The notes: a model not told the origin generated them from the letters alone. A DNA stretch of 64,000 nt from Promethearchaeota archaeon (GCA_019058445.1 JAHPZA010000010.1:128001-192000), one strand, 5' to 3'. Positions 20,692 to 31,653 are shown, counted from the first letter of the stretch. Translations and numbers: made by a program.

Positions 20692-22353
20692 CTAATTTTT
20701 TTTTAAGGATATATCGTAATAAGGAAAGGTGTGTTTAATAAAATAGAAAATGGGATTATAAAATATTATAATAATTATCATTGAAGTTATAATTAATAGA
20801 GAGAAGAAATAGAGCATTTTTTTATATAATATATTTTCATTATAGTTAATGTTCAGCTTTTCATTATTTAAAATTAAATTTCCTATTAAAAAACAACATA
20901 ATGGAACAATATGAGAAACCATTCTATCAAAAGATTGAATTAAATGTAAGTTAAGATTGAGTGGTGTAATAAGATAAATGAGAATATAAACTAGAAAATG
21001 GAAAAAACACATAAATAGTAGAAATAATGTATTTTGATTTTTTTTAATAATATTCAAATTAAATATGAGTATAGAAAAAAAGACGAACCAAAATATGATT
21101 CCCCATTTATATGGATTTAAAATTAATATAAATCCTCTTATAAAAATATTGATAAGATCAGAAAAAACCGATTGAATATCAAATATATTTGGATAATGAG
21201 TAATATACTCAGCAGGAAACCCTCTGAAGCTAATGTAAAAAAACCATGGAATATAAATAATAAAACTAATCATAGTATATAATATTGTTAGCTTAAAAAT
21301 ATCTTTAGAATATGTGGTTTTTTTTAGTAATAAAAAAAAATGATAAATAATTAAAATACTAATATTTATAACCAATAAAGCAAGACCTTCTATTTTACAC
21401 CATGCCATAAAACCCATAAAAACTGAGGAATAAACTAAAAACTCCTTTTTTTTTGAATGAAAATAATAGAATAAAAATATCGAACTTATACTATAAAAAA
21501 ATGTAAGTGGCATATCACCTTTTACGTGTATTGCTAGTATAAAGACTTGTCCAATAACTGCATATAACGTTATAATTATGATTGATATTGTTTTATTTAA
21601 ACCCATACCTCTAAGAGAGAAATATAAAAATGAAATTAATGTGAAAAAGTATGTTAATATTAGAATTCTGGAAAATTGAAAATGTTGAAAATAAATGGTA
21701 TAAAAGAAACAAAGATTTAGAGGTACTAACAACGGATATGTAGGATGATGTGTAGAATCAATATTTTCAAAGTTTCCTTCATAGAAAATTAGCTTAGCTT
21801 TTGCATCCCATATAAAAATAGCATCGTAATTTTCAATAGGATAAAAAAACCAAAATATAAAAAGATATACTGAGATCACAGCTAGTAGGAAGATACAAAA
21901 ATACTCAATCTTATTAAATTTTTGTACTTTGATTGTTTTCATAATTTTTTTAATATCATCATTTAAAGGAATATAATTCTTATAATAAATAAATAAAAAA
22001 ATTATAATGACTAAAAGAGGGATAAAAGAAAACCTCGAATGAAATCCTAATAAAATAAAGATAAACATAGATAAACCATTGAATCCTGTACCTAGGCCAT
22101 AACTTAAAGAAACTTTAACAAATGGGTTAAAATCTTTATTTTTAGGTAATAGATTTAAGATTGTATAACCAATAAGAAAAATAATAATTAGTCCTAAAAC
22201 TGTTCCAAAAATTAACCATATATATTGAAGGCTAGATAACAATTTTATATTGTTGAAACTTGGCATATAAATAAAAAATGTTCCAACAAAACAACATGTT
22301 ATTGAACTAAATAGTAAGAAAAAGGTAAGATTGGAAATAAGATTTCTTTTCAT
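20692..22353 (-). CDS. Polytopic membrane protein, probable GT-C fold glycosyltransferase
   Basis: About 13 hydrophobic segments; YDAIFIWDAKAK, HPTYPLLVP, KGDMP, KIEG loops. Confidence 0.65.
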   Translation of the reverse strand: MKRNLISNLTFFLLFSSITCCFVGTFFIYMPSFNNIKLLSSLQYIWLIFGTVLGLIIIFLIGYTILNLLPKNKDFNPFVKVSLSYGLGTGFNGLSMFIFILLGFHSRFSFIPLLVIIIFLFIYYKNYIPLNDDIKKIMKTIKVQKFNKIEYFCIFLLAVISVYLFIFWFFYPIENYDAIFIWDAKAKLIFYEGNFENIDSTHHPTYPLLVPLNLCFFYTIYFQHFQFSRILILTYFFTLISFLYFSLRGMGLNKTISIIIITLYAVIGQVFILAIHVKGDMPLTFFYSISSIFLFYYFHSKKKEFLVYSSVFMGFMAWCKIEGLALLVINISILIIYHFFLLLKKTTYSKDIFKLTILYTMISFIIYIPWFFYISFRGFPAEYITHYPNIFDIQSVFSDLINIFIRGFILILNPYKWGIIFWFVFFSILIFNLNIIKKNQNTLFLLFMCFFHFLVYILIYLITPLNLNLHLIQSFDRMVSHIVPLCCFLIGNLILNNEKLNINYNENILYKKMLYFFSLLIITSMIIIIIFYNPIFYFIKHTFPYYDISLKKN

Positions 22354-22473
22354 TCTATTTAAGTTTCTAAAGTTTTTATTGTTCTGAATAATTTTTTATG
22401 TATAATAAATTTTGTAATTTATTGAATTTCACAAGTTAAATTATTGACTTATTAAATCATTGAAATATATCTA

Positions 22474-24501
22474 ATGAATCTTAAAAAAATTTCATACTTA
22501 TTCAGCTTATTTAAACTCGTAAATGATTATAAACCCTATTTCCTAAATAGAGTTCTATTTAAAAAGTATTTTCATAAAAAATGGATAATTTTACATAATT
22601 CGATGAAAATGGAACAGAAATTAAAGAAATCCTTCAAAAAATCTCAAAATTTTGATAAATTGAGGGAAATTTTTTTTAATAGAAAATTCTTTGCCTTTTC
22701 AAATGATTTAGAAAAAAAAAATATAATTGAATATCTTAAAAAATATAATAATCATTCAATTACAGAATATTTAAACCATGCTAATAATATCATTAGTGGT
22801 AAATTTTCTATATATGAAAAGAAGTATAAATTTGTTAATGGAATAAATTGGCATTACAGTTTCTTTAATGATTATATTTGGAAATTAGAAAAGTCGAATA
22901 AAATAAATATTCGACCTAAAAATAAAAATATAGATGTTAAATATGTATGGGAATTCAATCGGCATCAATTTTTAACCTATTTAGGCTTTGCATATTACCT
23001 TACAGATGATGAAAAATATGCAATTGAATTTAAGAATCTTATTTTACATTGGATTAAAACTAACCCCCCTTTATATGGAATAAATTGGTATTCCGGCTTA
23101 GAAATTTCGATTAGATTAATTTCTTGGATATTTACATTGTATTTTTTTAAAAATTCGACAGAAATAAATAATGACTCTTTTTTTAGAAAGATTTTCATTT
23201 CTATGTTTCAACATGCTTATTATTTAAGATATTTCTATACACGTAGATCATTTAATCATACGGTAGGAGATTTAACAGGAGTATATTTATTTTCAAAGGT
23301 ATTCGCTAAAATCGATCCTATGAAAAAATGGGAGAAAAAAATTTTCAATAAATTAAAGACTAATATAAGACTTCAAGTAAGGGGTGATGGAATAAATATA
23401 GAGCAATCAGTTAATTACCATAAATTCGTACTTGAATTTTTCATATTATTTCTAATACTAAATAACAAAAGGTTGAAAGGAGAGGAAATTTCATTAATCG
23501 AAAAAATGGTAGAATATCTCATTTATATCATCAAGCCTAAAAAGAATTTTCCTTTAATCGGAGATAATGATGATGGAAAAGTACTTATGTTAACAAATTG
23601 GAATAGTAATTCATATTTAGATTTAATTAATTTAGGTTCAATAATATTCAGAAGACAAGATTTTAAATTTATCTCAGAAAAAATTTCTCCAATAAGTTTA
23701 TTATTAATGGGGGAAAGATGTTTTAAGATTTTTAATTCTCTTCAATCTAGAGAACCACAGGAAAGATATAAATATTTTAAGAACTCTGGTTATTTTGTTG
23801 CTAGAAATAATTGGAACAAGGAGTCAAATTATTTTTTCATGGATATGGGGAAATTTGGACCCCAAAATGCCGCACATTCTCACAGTTGCATAGGCAATTT
23901 AATTTATACTCATAAAGGCAAAGATTTCCTGATCGATTCTGGAACATATACTTATAATAAATCGTGGTTTGAAAGGAATTTCCTTAGAAGTAGTAAGGCA
24001 CATAATATATTGGTGATAAACAAAAAAAATCAAGCAACTATTAGCGGATGGTTTTCTTGGAAGAAAAAACCAAAAATTAAAAGAAATTTAATAATTAAGC
24101 ATGACCAGATTAAATTAGTTTGCGTTCATAATGGTTATAATAATTTATTAGTTAAAAGAACATTAGATTGCGATACAATTTTAAATAGTCTTATAATCAC
24201 CGATTATGTAATTCCTTCTCAAGATATAATCCCGGATGATTCATATGAAATTGATATTTACTTTCATTTTGATAAAGATATTAAATTAAAGGTTAATGAG
24301 AAGAACATTATAGTCAATGGAGAATTAATTTTTACCCTTATATCTGATGAAGAATTTAAAATTAATATTGAAAAGACATATTATTCTCCTAAATATGGTT
24401 TTAAAATTGGAATTTCAGTGCTTAACATTCATCTTGAATATTCTTTTGTTAAGAAAAAAGCACTTGAATTTAAAACTGTAATATCACCAATAAATAAATG
24501 A
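22474..24501 (+). CDS. Heparinase II/III-family (alginate-lyase-like) protein
   Basis: DVKYVWEFNRHQ, NPP.YGINW...LE...R, NH, EQSVNYH, AHSH, IDSGTYTY, AHN. Confidence 0.88.
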   Translation: MNLKKISYLFSLFKLVNDYKPYFLNRVLFKKYFHKKWIILHNSMKMEQKLKKSFKKSQNFDKLREIFFNRKFFAFSNDLEKKNIIEYLKKYNNHSITEYLNHANNIISGKFSIYEKKYKFVNGINWHYSFFNDYIWKLEKSNKINIRPKNKNIDVKYVWEFNRHQFLTYLGFAYYLTDDEKYAIEFKNLILHWIKTNPPLYGINWYSGLEISIRLISWIFTLYFFKNSTEINNDSFFRKIFISMFQHAYYLRYFYTRRSFNHTVGDLTGVYLFSKVFAKIDPMKKWEKKIFNKLKTNIRLQVRGDGINIEQSVNYHKFVLEFFILFLILNNKRLKGEEISLIEKMVEYLIYIIKPKKNFPLIGDNDDGKVLMLTNWNSNSYLDLINLGSIIFRRQDFKFISEKISPISLLLMGERCFKIFNSLQSREPQERYKYFKNSGYFVARNNWNKESNYFFMDMGKFGPQNAAHSHSCIGNLIYTHKGKDFLIDSGTYTYNKSWFERNFLRSSKAHNILVINKKNQATISGWFSWKKKPKIKRNLIIKHDQIKLVCVHNGYNNLLVKRTLDCDTILNSLIITDYVIPSQDIIPDDSYEIDIYFHFDKDIKLKVNEKNIIVNGELIFTLISDEEFKINIEKTYYSPKYGFKIGISVLNIHLEYSFVKKKALEFKTVISPINK

Positions 24502-24603
24502 TGTTTCTAAAAATCTTGGTAAATCTTGGTCAAAATATTTTTTTCAAAATAAATTCTTATAAATAACATAAAGTTTTTCAAAATATTTTAAAAACTAAAT
24601 TCT

Positions 24604-26808
24604 TTGAGGATCTTTATGAAAAAGTTATTTATTAATAATAAAGGGCATGTAGTGATTAAAAATGTTAGAGAACCTTTAATTGAAACTAAGGGATCATTAG
24701 TTAGAACTAGTTATGCTTTAATTAGTCCGGGTACAGAATTAATGGTTCTCAAATCGAAAAAAATAGAAAATATGCCTTTAATTAAAAGGTTCATAAAATC
24801 AGAAGTTCTAAGAACAAAAATATTCTCGACATTTAAAAAAAAAGGTATAAAAGGAGTCATTAGTGTATTTAAATCTTATTCTAAAAGGGGGGAATATAAA
24901 AATTTTAAAAGCCCCTCCATTAATTTGAAACCAATTGGTTATAGCTGTTCGGGAATTGTCAAAGATAGTAATATTGATGAATATAGAATAAATGATAGAA
25001 TTGCTTGTGCAGGGATTAATCACGCAGAAGTTATTTTTGCTCCTAAAAATTTAAGTTGCAAAATTCCAAAAAATGTAAGTCTTGAACAAGCTGCATTTAC
25101 TACATTAGGAGCAATTGCGTTACATGGTATTCATAGAGCAGATATTAAATCTGGTGAAAAAATAGGGATAATAGGTGCAGGTTTAATTGGATTGATCACA
25201 ATCCAAATAGCGAAAGCGTGTGGAGCCACTGTATTTGCCTCGGATCTAATAAATAAGAGATTAAATCTTGCAAAAAGGTTAGGCGCAGATATAATAGTAA
25301 ATCCATTATATCATAATTCTAAAATTAAAGTAAATGCTTTGACAGCTGGAAAAGGATTAGATTCAATAATAATATGCGCTTCATCAACTACTTCGAAACC
25401 TTTAGATGATGCTATCGATTTAATCCGAGATAATGGAAAAATTGTTATGTTAGGAGGTTTTCCCATTAAAGTTGATCGAAGTAAACTTTATTATAAGGAA
25501 GCAGACTTATTAATTTCTCGATCATATGGACCAGGTCGTTATGATCCTCATTATGAATATGAAGGATTTGATTATCCTGAAGAACTATTTCCATGGACAG
25601 TTCAGAGGAATATGGAATTTTTTTTAAAATTACTATCTGAAAAAAAGATAAAGGTTAATCCTCTGATTTCGGATATCATTCCTGCTGAAAATGCTAATAA
25701 AGCATATAAACAATTGGAAATTGATTCTATTAAGAATATTGCAATTTTATTAAAATTTACTGATGAAAAAGAAAGTATAGCTATTAAACCGAAAGTTGAA
25801 GTAAGGGGTAAAGAGAGAAATAAATTAGTCTTGGGAATAATAGGGTGTGGTGCATTTCCTCAAGCTAGACATCTTCCATATATCATCTCTAATCCTTATT
25901 GTAAAATTAAGGGTATCTGCACACGACATCAAAAATCAGCTGAGATTTGTAAAAATAAATATCGACCTGAATTTATCACTACTAACTATAAAAAAATTTT
26001 AAAGGATCCTGAAATTGAAACTGTCTTTATATACACCAGACATGATACACATTATAAATTCACAGTTAAGGCATTAAAAGCGGGTAAAAATGTATTTGTC
26101 GAAAAGCCTATGGGTTTATCAAGGGAACAGTGTATTAAAATAAGAAATACAGTGAAGGAAACGAAAAAACAATATATCATTGGCTTTAATCGTAGATATA
26201 GCCCTTTAATAAAGCTTACAAAAGAGCTGCTCAAAGAAAGAGATAATCCAATCATAATAAATTATAGGATAGCAAGTAATTATATACCTGGAGATCACTG
26301 GATCTTTGATCCTGATATAGGCGGTGGACCTATTATTGGAGAATTTTGTCATTTTCTGGATTTAATTTTATATTTGATGAGATCAGAACCAATTGAATTA
26401 ATTGCAAGGGGGGGGTCTTTAAGTCATAAGGGCTTAAGTACATATGATACTTGTTCAGTGATTATCAAATTTGAAAATTCTTCTATAGCAAACCTAATAT
26501 TTACCGATTTAAATGGTCCAGATATGCCAAAAGAGAGAATTGAAGTCTTTTCAGGAGAATCTGCTATAGTAATAGAAGATTTTAAAGAAATGAAAACCTC
26601 AGGTTTTGACTTTGGCAATAAAATTCTTTACGAGCAAGATAAAGGTCATAAAAATGAAATTAATAATATTATTAGTGTGTTTTTAGGAGTTAAATCAGCA
26701 TTAATAAATGAGGATGACGCATTTAGAGCAATGGATCTATGTTTTAAAACAATCGAATCAATAGATACAAGAACATCAATTAAAATAAGTGAAGATTTAT
26801 ATTTATGA
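24604..26808 (+). CDS. Bi-domain oxidoreductase (MDR/Zn-ADH-like + Gfo/Idh/MocA); start may be the ATG at 24616
   Basis: ISPGTE, GYSCSG, GAGLIG, SRSYGPGRYD; then GCG.F, TRHDTH, VEKPM, GFNRRY, GEFCHFLD. Confidence 0.88.
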   Translation: MRIFMKKLFINNKGHVVIKNVREPLIETKGSLVRTSYALISPGTELMVLKSKKIENMPLIKRFIKSEVLRTKIFSTFKKKGIKGVISVFKSYSKRGEYKNFKSPSINLKPIGYSCSGIVKDSNIDEYRINDRIACAGINHAEVIFAPKNLSCKIPKNVSLEQAAFTTLGAIALHGIHRADIKSGEKIGIIGAGLIGLITIQIAKACGATVFASDLINKRLNLAKRLGADIIVNPLYHNSKIKVNALTAGKGLDSIIICASSTTSKPLDDAIDLIRDNGKIVMLGGFPIKVDRSKLYYKEADLLISRSYGPGRYDPHYEYEGFDYPEELFPWTVQRNMEFFLKLLSEKKIKVNPLISDIIPAENANKAYKQLEIDSIKNIAILLKFTDEKESIAIKPKVEVRGKERNKLVLGIIGCGAFPQARHLPYIISNPYCKIKGICTRHQKSAEICKNKYRPEFITTNYKKILKDPEIETVFIYTRHDTHYKFTVKALKAGKNVFVEKPMGLSREQCIKIRNTVKETKKQYIIGFNRRYSPLIKLTKELLKERDNPIIINYRIASNYIPGDHWIFDPDIGGGPIIGEFCHFLDLILYLMRSEPIELIARGGSLSHKGLSTYDTCSVIIKFENSSIANLIFTDLNGPDMPKERIEVFSGESAIVIEDFKEMKTSGFDFGNKILYEQDKGHKNEINNIISVFLGVKSALINEDDAFRAMDLCFKTIESIDTRTSIKISEDLYL

Positions 26809-27018
26809 ACTTTAAGTTAAAAATTTTAAGTTTTATTTACTTTAAAATTGAAATTATAAAAGATATGGGACAGAAATATAAATATAATTTAAAAAAGATT
26901 CTATTCTTATTTAAGATTCAAAATATATAATTCATAAATTATTTAATTCAAGATAAACAATTAAAAAACTCAATATATTATTATAGAAATAAATTAGGAA
27001 ATAATTGGATTAAAATAA

Positions 27019-27978
27019 ATGCAAGATGTTCACATTGGCCCATTTCCTCCACCAATTGGAGGAATTTCAGTGTATTTATATCGATTATCAAAAATAGATA
27101 GAAAATCTTTGTTTATCGATGAAAAAGATATAACGGGTTCTAAAAAATTTAGACTTTGGTTAATTAAACAGTTATTTAGTTTTAAAAAAAAGAATTTTAT
27201 TTATCATTCTCATTTTTTGAAAAATAGATTAATTTTTTATTTTCTTTCTGTTCTATCTATACATGAATTTTCATTAGTTATTCATGGAAGATCTTTAATT
27301 ATTCAATACAATAATTCAAATTTTTTAATAAAATTTCTAATTAAAAGAATGCTAAAGAAAGCAAAATTTATACAAGTCATTAATCCTCAATATAAAGATT
27401 TTATATATAAGTTAGGGGTAAAAAATAAACATATAATTGTCAAAAACGCATTTCTTCCGCCTATTTTAGAAGAAGAACAAAAGATAATAGCCAGTTATGA
27501 AAAAAAATTATTAGAGCTTTTAGAAGTTAAAAAACCAATAATAATAGCTAGCGCTTTTGCCATCCAATTTTATAATAATGTTGATTTATATGGGCTTGAT
27601 TTATGTGTAGAATTAACCAAATTATTAAAGAAAGATTTCCCTAATATTGGTTTGTTATTCATTATTGCAAATGAAAAAACAAATGCTATTTATCTTAAAA
27701 AGATGAAGGAAAGAATTAAGGACTTAAATCTAAATACTAGTTTTTTTATTATAACAGGACAGAGAGAGATATGGCCACTTTTTAGACGTGCTGATTTAAT
27801 GATAAGACCCACATGCGTGGATGGATATGGAGTAAGTATCGCTGAAGCAATCTATTTAAATCGTCCTGCAATTGCCAGTGATGTTTGTAAAAGACCAGAA
27901 GGTACAATACTATTTAAAAATCGTAATTTAGAAGATCTATACGAGAAATGTAAACAAGTTTTAAATAAAAATTACTAA
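27019..27978 (+). CDS. GT4-like glycosyltransferase
   Basis: GPFPPPIGGIS, IRPT..DGYGVSIAEA, ASDV..RP. Confidence 0.85.
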   Translation: MQDVHIGPFPPPIGGISVYLYRLSKIDRKSLFIDEKDITGSKKFRLWLIKQLFSFKKKNFIYHSHFLKNRLIFYFLSVLSIHEFSLVIHGRSLIIQYNNSNFLIKFLIKRMLKKAKFIQVINPQYKDFIYKLGVKNKHIIVKNAFLPPILEEEQKIIASYEKKLLELLEVKKPIIIASAFAIQFYNNVDLYGLDLCVELTKLLKKDFPNIGLLFIIANEKTNAIYLKKMKERIKDLNLNTSFFIITGQREIWPLFRRADLMIRPTCVDGYGVSIAEAIYLNRPAIASDVCKRPEGTILFKNRNLEDLYEKCKQVLNKNY

Positions 27979-28003
27979 ATTTGTAAGTTTTGGTTTTTCT
28001 TAT

Positions 28004-28402
28004 TTACAAATTTATCATTTGCAAAATTAAAATGTTAAATAAAGTAAAAATTAGACAAAATCGTCTCAAAGAAATCCCTTCAAAAAAAACGTTATTCCTA
28101 AAATAAACAAGCCCCCATTGATCATGATCAGGAAGCTATAAATAATCTTTCCTATACTTAAAATTTTCGAGAAAGGATATTCTTGAATGTGGTAATCGGG
28201 GACGATCGAAGTACAACTTTATAACACAACTTTGCCAATGAGAGCCAGTTCTAAGGAAAGAAATAAATGAATGATGATTATTTATGCTTTACTTCATATT
28301 TTTATAATATTCCTTAATCTTATTAAAAAATTTAACATGTCTCTTAATCTTAATTTTATAAATTATACATTTTGAGCTGTTAATAATTAGAATCTTTTTT
28401 AC
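28004..28402 (-). pseudogene. Degraded sulfotransferase-like gene remnant
   Basis: Own translation: ...NMK*SINNHHSFISFLRTGSHWQSCVIKLYFDRPRLPHSRISFLENFKYRKDYL*LPDHD. It resembles the PAPS-binding SxPRTGSxW loop. In-frame stops at 28289-28291 and 28136-28138. Confidence 0.55.
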
Positions 28403-28455
28403 TTTCTCCTTAAATTGAGACTTTTTAATAAGATGTCGTATATAAGCCCTTTTCG

Positions 28456-29553
28456 TTACGGGAAGTATCTACACATGGAATCATTTAAAAATACCTTTTC
28501 GATGATCTCATTGTACGGACCAAATGTACACCGAGGACATGTTTTTGGATCAATATTATTTATCATATTTTTGTGAAAATCACTTCCCCATATCCCTAGT
28601 ATTTCTCTTGGATTTGGGTAATGACTGCATAGTATTAGATCTTTCCGGCCACGCATATCAAAACATAAGTACATATTTCCATCAGCACCGAATGTTGCTA
28701 TTAAAGGGATGGCTCTGCATTTTTTAAATGCTACCTTTCGTTCCATATTTGGCTGAAATTTGTGCCTTATTCCATAAAAGTGAAAATTTTCATCCTCTAA
28801 CTCAAGAGCTTTTTCTATTTGCTCATTCACTACATCTACTACACTACGGAATGCTTCATTAGTCAAGCCATGTAAAGGTTTAATATTGTCAAATCCGACT
28901 GGTCGAGAATGAAAATCTCTTACGCCTAGTTCTTTTGCTAGTTTAGCTGCCTGGTAGATTTCATGAGCATTGTCTGGATGGATTAAGTATTTATATGCGA
29001 CATCACATTTACTATTTATTTTATCAATATGTCTACATAACTTTGCGATATTATCGCAAACTTTCCTAAACATTTCCTTTTTTTTAATACCCTTCAGTTT
29101 TATGTATGTTTCTGCTGTGCCAGCATCCATTGAAAATCCAACCCATCGACAATTTTCAGCCATAACAGCAATATGTTCATCTGTCATAAGAGATCCATTT
29201 GTTATAACGCCATTCTGTATACCATTTTTCTGCCACTGGTATTGAATAAAAGTATTAAAACCTTTATGTGTTAAGGGCTCACCTCCACCAGCAACACATG
29301 CGCTATATGCCCCCCATTCTTTAATAAAATCAGATACTTCGAGCCAATGTTTGATTGGTAAATTTGGAAGTTTGTTATTGATTATATTGTAAGCATTGCA
29401 AAATGGGCAAGCAAAATTGCAATGTCTACTTAAATCAATATCAACTGTAACTGGGGGTAAATAATCTCCTGTGATGCATGCTTCGAGCCACTCTCTCCAT
29501 ATAAGAACCTTTGCGCTATTAAATGGATTCCAAGGACTATTCCATTCTCTCAT
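28456..29553 (-). CDS. Radical SAM protein with SPASM/twitch domain
   Basis: CNFACPFC, GGGEP, ITNG, C-terminal CRA...ADGNMYLC...CPRC. Confidence 0.9.
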   Translation of the reverse strand: MREWNSPWNPFNSAKVLIWREWLEACITGDYLPPVTVDIDLSRHCNFACPFCNAYNIINNKLPNLPIKHWLEVSDFIKEWGAYSACVAGGGEPLTHKGFNTFIQYQWQKNGIQNGVITNGSLMTDEHIAVMAENCRWVGFSMDAGTAETYIKLKGIKKKEMFRKVCDNIAKLCRHIDKINSKCDVAYKYLIHPDNAHEIYQAAKLAKELGVRDFHSRPVGFDNIKPLHGLTNEAFRSVVDVVNEQIEKALELEDENFHFYGIRHKFQPNMERKVAFKKCRAIPLIATFGADGNMYLCFDMRGRKDLILCSHYPNPREILGIWGSDFHKNMINNIDPKTCPRCTFGPYNEIIEKVFLNDSMCRYFP

Positions 29554-29713
29554 AATAATATTCTCCTTGTTTGTGTAATCCTTTATATCCTCCCAAACTA
29601 TTTATTTATCGCTAATTAGTTTTTTAGAGTTAAAATATTCTGATATATATTTGAGTTTCTATAATAATTACTAGGAAATTCCTTTTTCATAAAAGATTTA
29701 TTAGATTTCAATA

Positions 29714-30412
29714 TTAAATTATCTCCTTTATATATTCTTCGGCTGTTTTGAGTTTGAAAACTTCTAGCGTCTCGGTAACATCTTCACAGTAGTGTTGTTC
29801 TACTGCTCCTGGTTTAGTAGTAATCCCAATTTTTAGCATATTTGCCATATCCTCAACTAAAATAGCATTAATACTTCCTAAATTAAAAATTTTATTGCTG
29901 TAATTTTGTTCTATACAAAAAAGAATAAAATTTGCTACCTCTGTGTTGGTGATTAATTGCATTGTTGATTCAGCACTCACATACAGTGGTTTGCCATTCA
30001 TAATATCTTTAAGGACTCCTTTTTTCATGTGCTTTCCAATGATGGCAGAACACCTTAAAATTATAAAATATTTCGAATGGTGACATACAATTTGTTCAGC
30101 CAGCTTTTTGTGAAAACCATATGTGTTTTTCTTATATACATCATAAGACGATATATAAATATATTTCTTAAATTTAAAATCAAATATACTATTGTAAACA
30201 GATAATACAGATTTTTCAAAATCCTGAAGAGGATTTTCATTTGCCCACCACCTTTTACTATTTCCATTGGCATTTATAAATACATCAAAAAATTTGTTGA
30301 TCATATTATTATAATTTTGACGATTTATTGCCTGGATTTCATGGTGCTGGCTTAGCTGTGATAATAATTCTGATCCTAAAAAACCATTTGATCCTAATAT
30401 GCCTATTATCAC
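29714..30412 (-). CDS. Short NAD-dependent epimerase/dehydratase
   Basis: GSNGFLG, YISS.DVY, YGFHK; GTG start with AAGGAG upstream. Confidence 0.8.
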   Translation of the reverse strand: MIIGILGSNGFLGSELLSQLSQHHEIQAINRQNYNNMINKFFDVFINANGNSKRWWANENPLQDFEKSVLSVYNSIFDFKFKKYIYISSYDVYKKNTYGFHKKLAEQIVCHHSKYFIILRCSAIIGKHMKKGVLKDIMNGKPLYVSAESTMQLITNTEVANFILFCIEQNYSNKIFNLGSINAILVEDMANMLKIGITTKPGAVEQHYCEDVTETLEVFKLKTAEEYIKEII

Positions 30413-30690
30413 AGGATTAACTCCTTTAGGTTAGCACATTTTATATTAATATAATTGACTTAAAATCAAATAATTAAAGATTATTAGAAAATAAAAAACT
30501 TGTTATTACTAACAATAAAATATATTTAAAATAATCAAAAATTATACTTTTTCCAAGTAATTCTATTAAACTTAAATTTAATTTGAGATATTCTGCGGAA
30601 ATTTTAAAAATCTGCTGTTTTTAGTTTAATAGCTAATGTTTTAAACTAAAATCATAATTATTTTAAATTTAAACATCAAAAAGGGGGTTA

Positions 30691-31653
30691 TTATAGCTTA
30701 ATCCAATCGTTAATATATAAATCATACCATGTTGGTGGCCCCTGGGGGCCATACCAATTTTTCGGAGCTATTACAATTTTTTTAGGAAAATTATTTAGAT
30801 AAGCTCCCCACCAGCTGAAAGTTGAATTTGAAATTATTTGATGTTTGCAACATGAAATTAAATATAACTCAAGATAATCCTTCTCTCGGGGAAATATAGG
30901 ATTTAAATTAGGAAATTTGTTTTTTATATAGGTTTTAGCCCAATTCGGGCCTAAATTACCAGAAAAAACAACAAATTTCAGATTCTTTTTTCCAAATTTT
31001 TCTTGAAAGTAAGCAACAGATTTTTCATAATAATCAGAAATCGACAAATTAGGAAATACAAGTAGAATGGGATGTATACGAATATGAAGTGCAATTGTGA
31101 TTTTTTCTGTATTAAAAATTTTTGGATATTTGTTTTTCAAATATTCTTTTTCGGAGGGATCAATATAAAATAAGCAAGGAAGTATTTTCTTACGATATTC
31201 ACCAAAATATTTAACACTTTGAAAATATCCATTAAATATTATACCATTTTTGTCTTTTAAATCTGAAATCTGATCAGGACTAGGGATCTCATGATAGGAT
31301 AAGTCTCTTTCTTTAAAGTCAATTAATCTTAAAGGTAAGCGATTTAAAACTACAATCTTACGAAATACTGTATCCCAATAAACTGGTACAGGTTTTAACA
31401 GACTTGGTGATTTTCTAATTTTTTTAAATAAAGGAGTTAATGAATACTTCGATGAATATGCTAATGCATTAGCAATTTGAAAAAGTTGATTGCCTAATCC
31501 ACCGATAATATTGGCAGATACTATTTTCATTGTATTATCTTTAGTTTCAAAATTCAAAATAGCTAAAAGCTTTCTTAAAATTGTAATTTTTCGAACCAAG
31601 ACTTCATAAAAATGTTTAAAACTTTTTTTTTTTTTCAAGAAAGTTGCTATCAT
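30691..31653 (-). CDS. GT11 alpha-1,2-fucosyltransferase family; start may be the ATG at 31530
   Basis: GGLGNQLFQ, GYFQS.KYF, IISNSTFSWWGAYL, APKNW, WIKL. Confidence 0.88.
   Translation of the reverse strand: MIATFLKKKKSFKHFYEVLVRKITILRKLLAILNFETKDNTMKIVSANIIGGLGNQLFQIANALAYSSKYSLTPLFKKIRKSPSLLKPVPVYWDTVFRKIVVLNRLPLRLIDFKERDLSYHEIPSPDQISDLKDKNGIIFNGYFQSVKYFGEYRKKILPCLFYIDPSEKEYLKNKYPKIFNTEKITIALHIRIHPILLVFPNLSISDYYEKSVAYFQEKFGKKNLKFVVFSGNLGPNWAKTYIKNKFPNLNPIFPREKDYLELYLISCCKHQIISNSTFSWWGAYLNNFPKKIVIAPKNWYGPQGPPTWYDLYINDWIKL

Noticed and set aside
29554-29713. Possible gene-end remnant (IVWEDIKDY) upstream of the radical SAM gene
   Set aside because: Too short and interrupted to assign.
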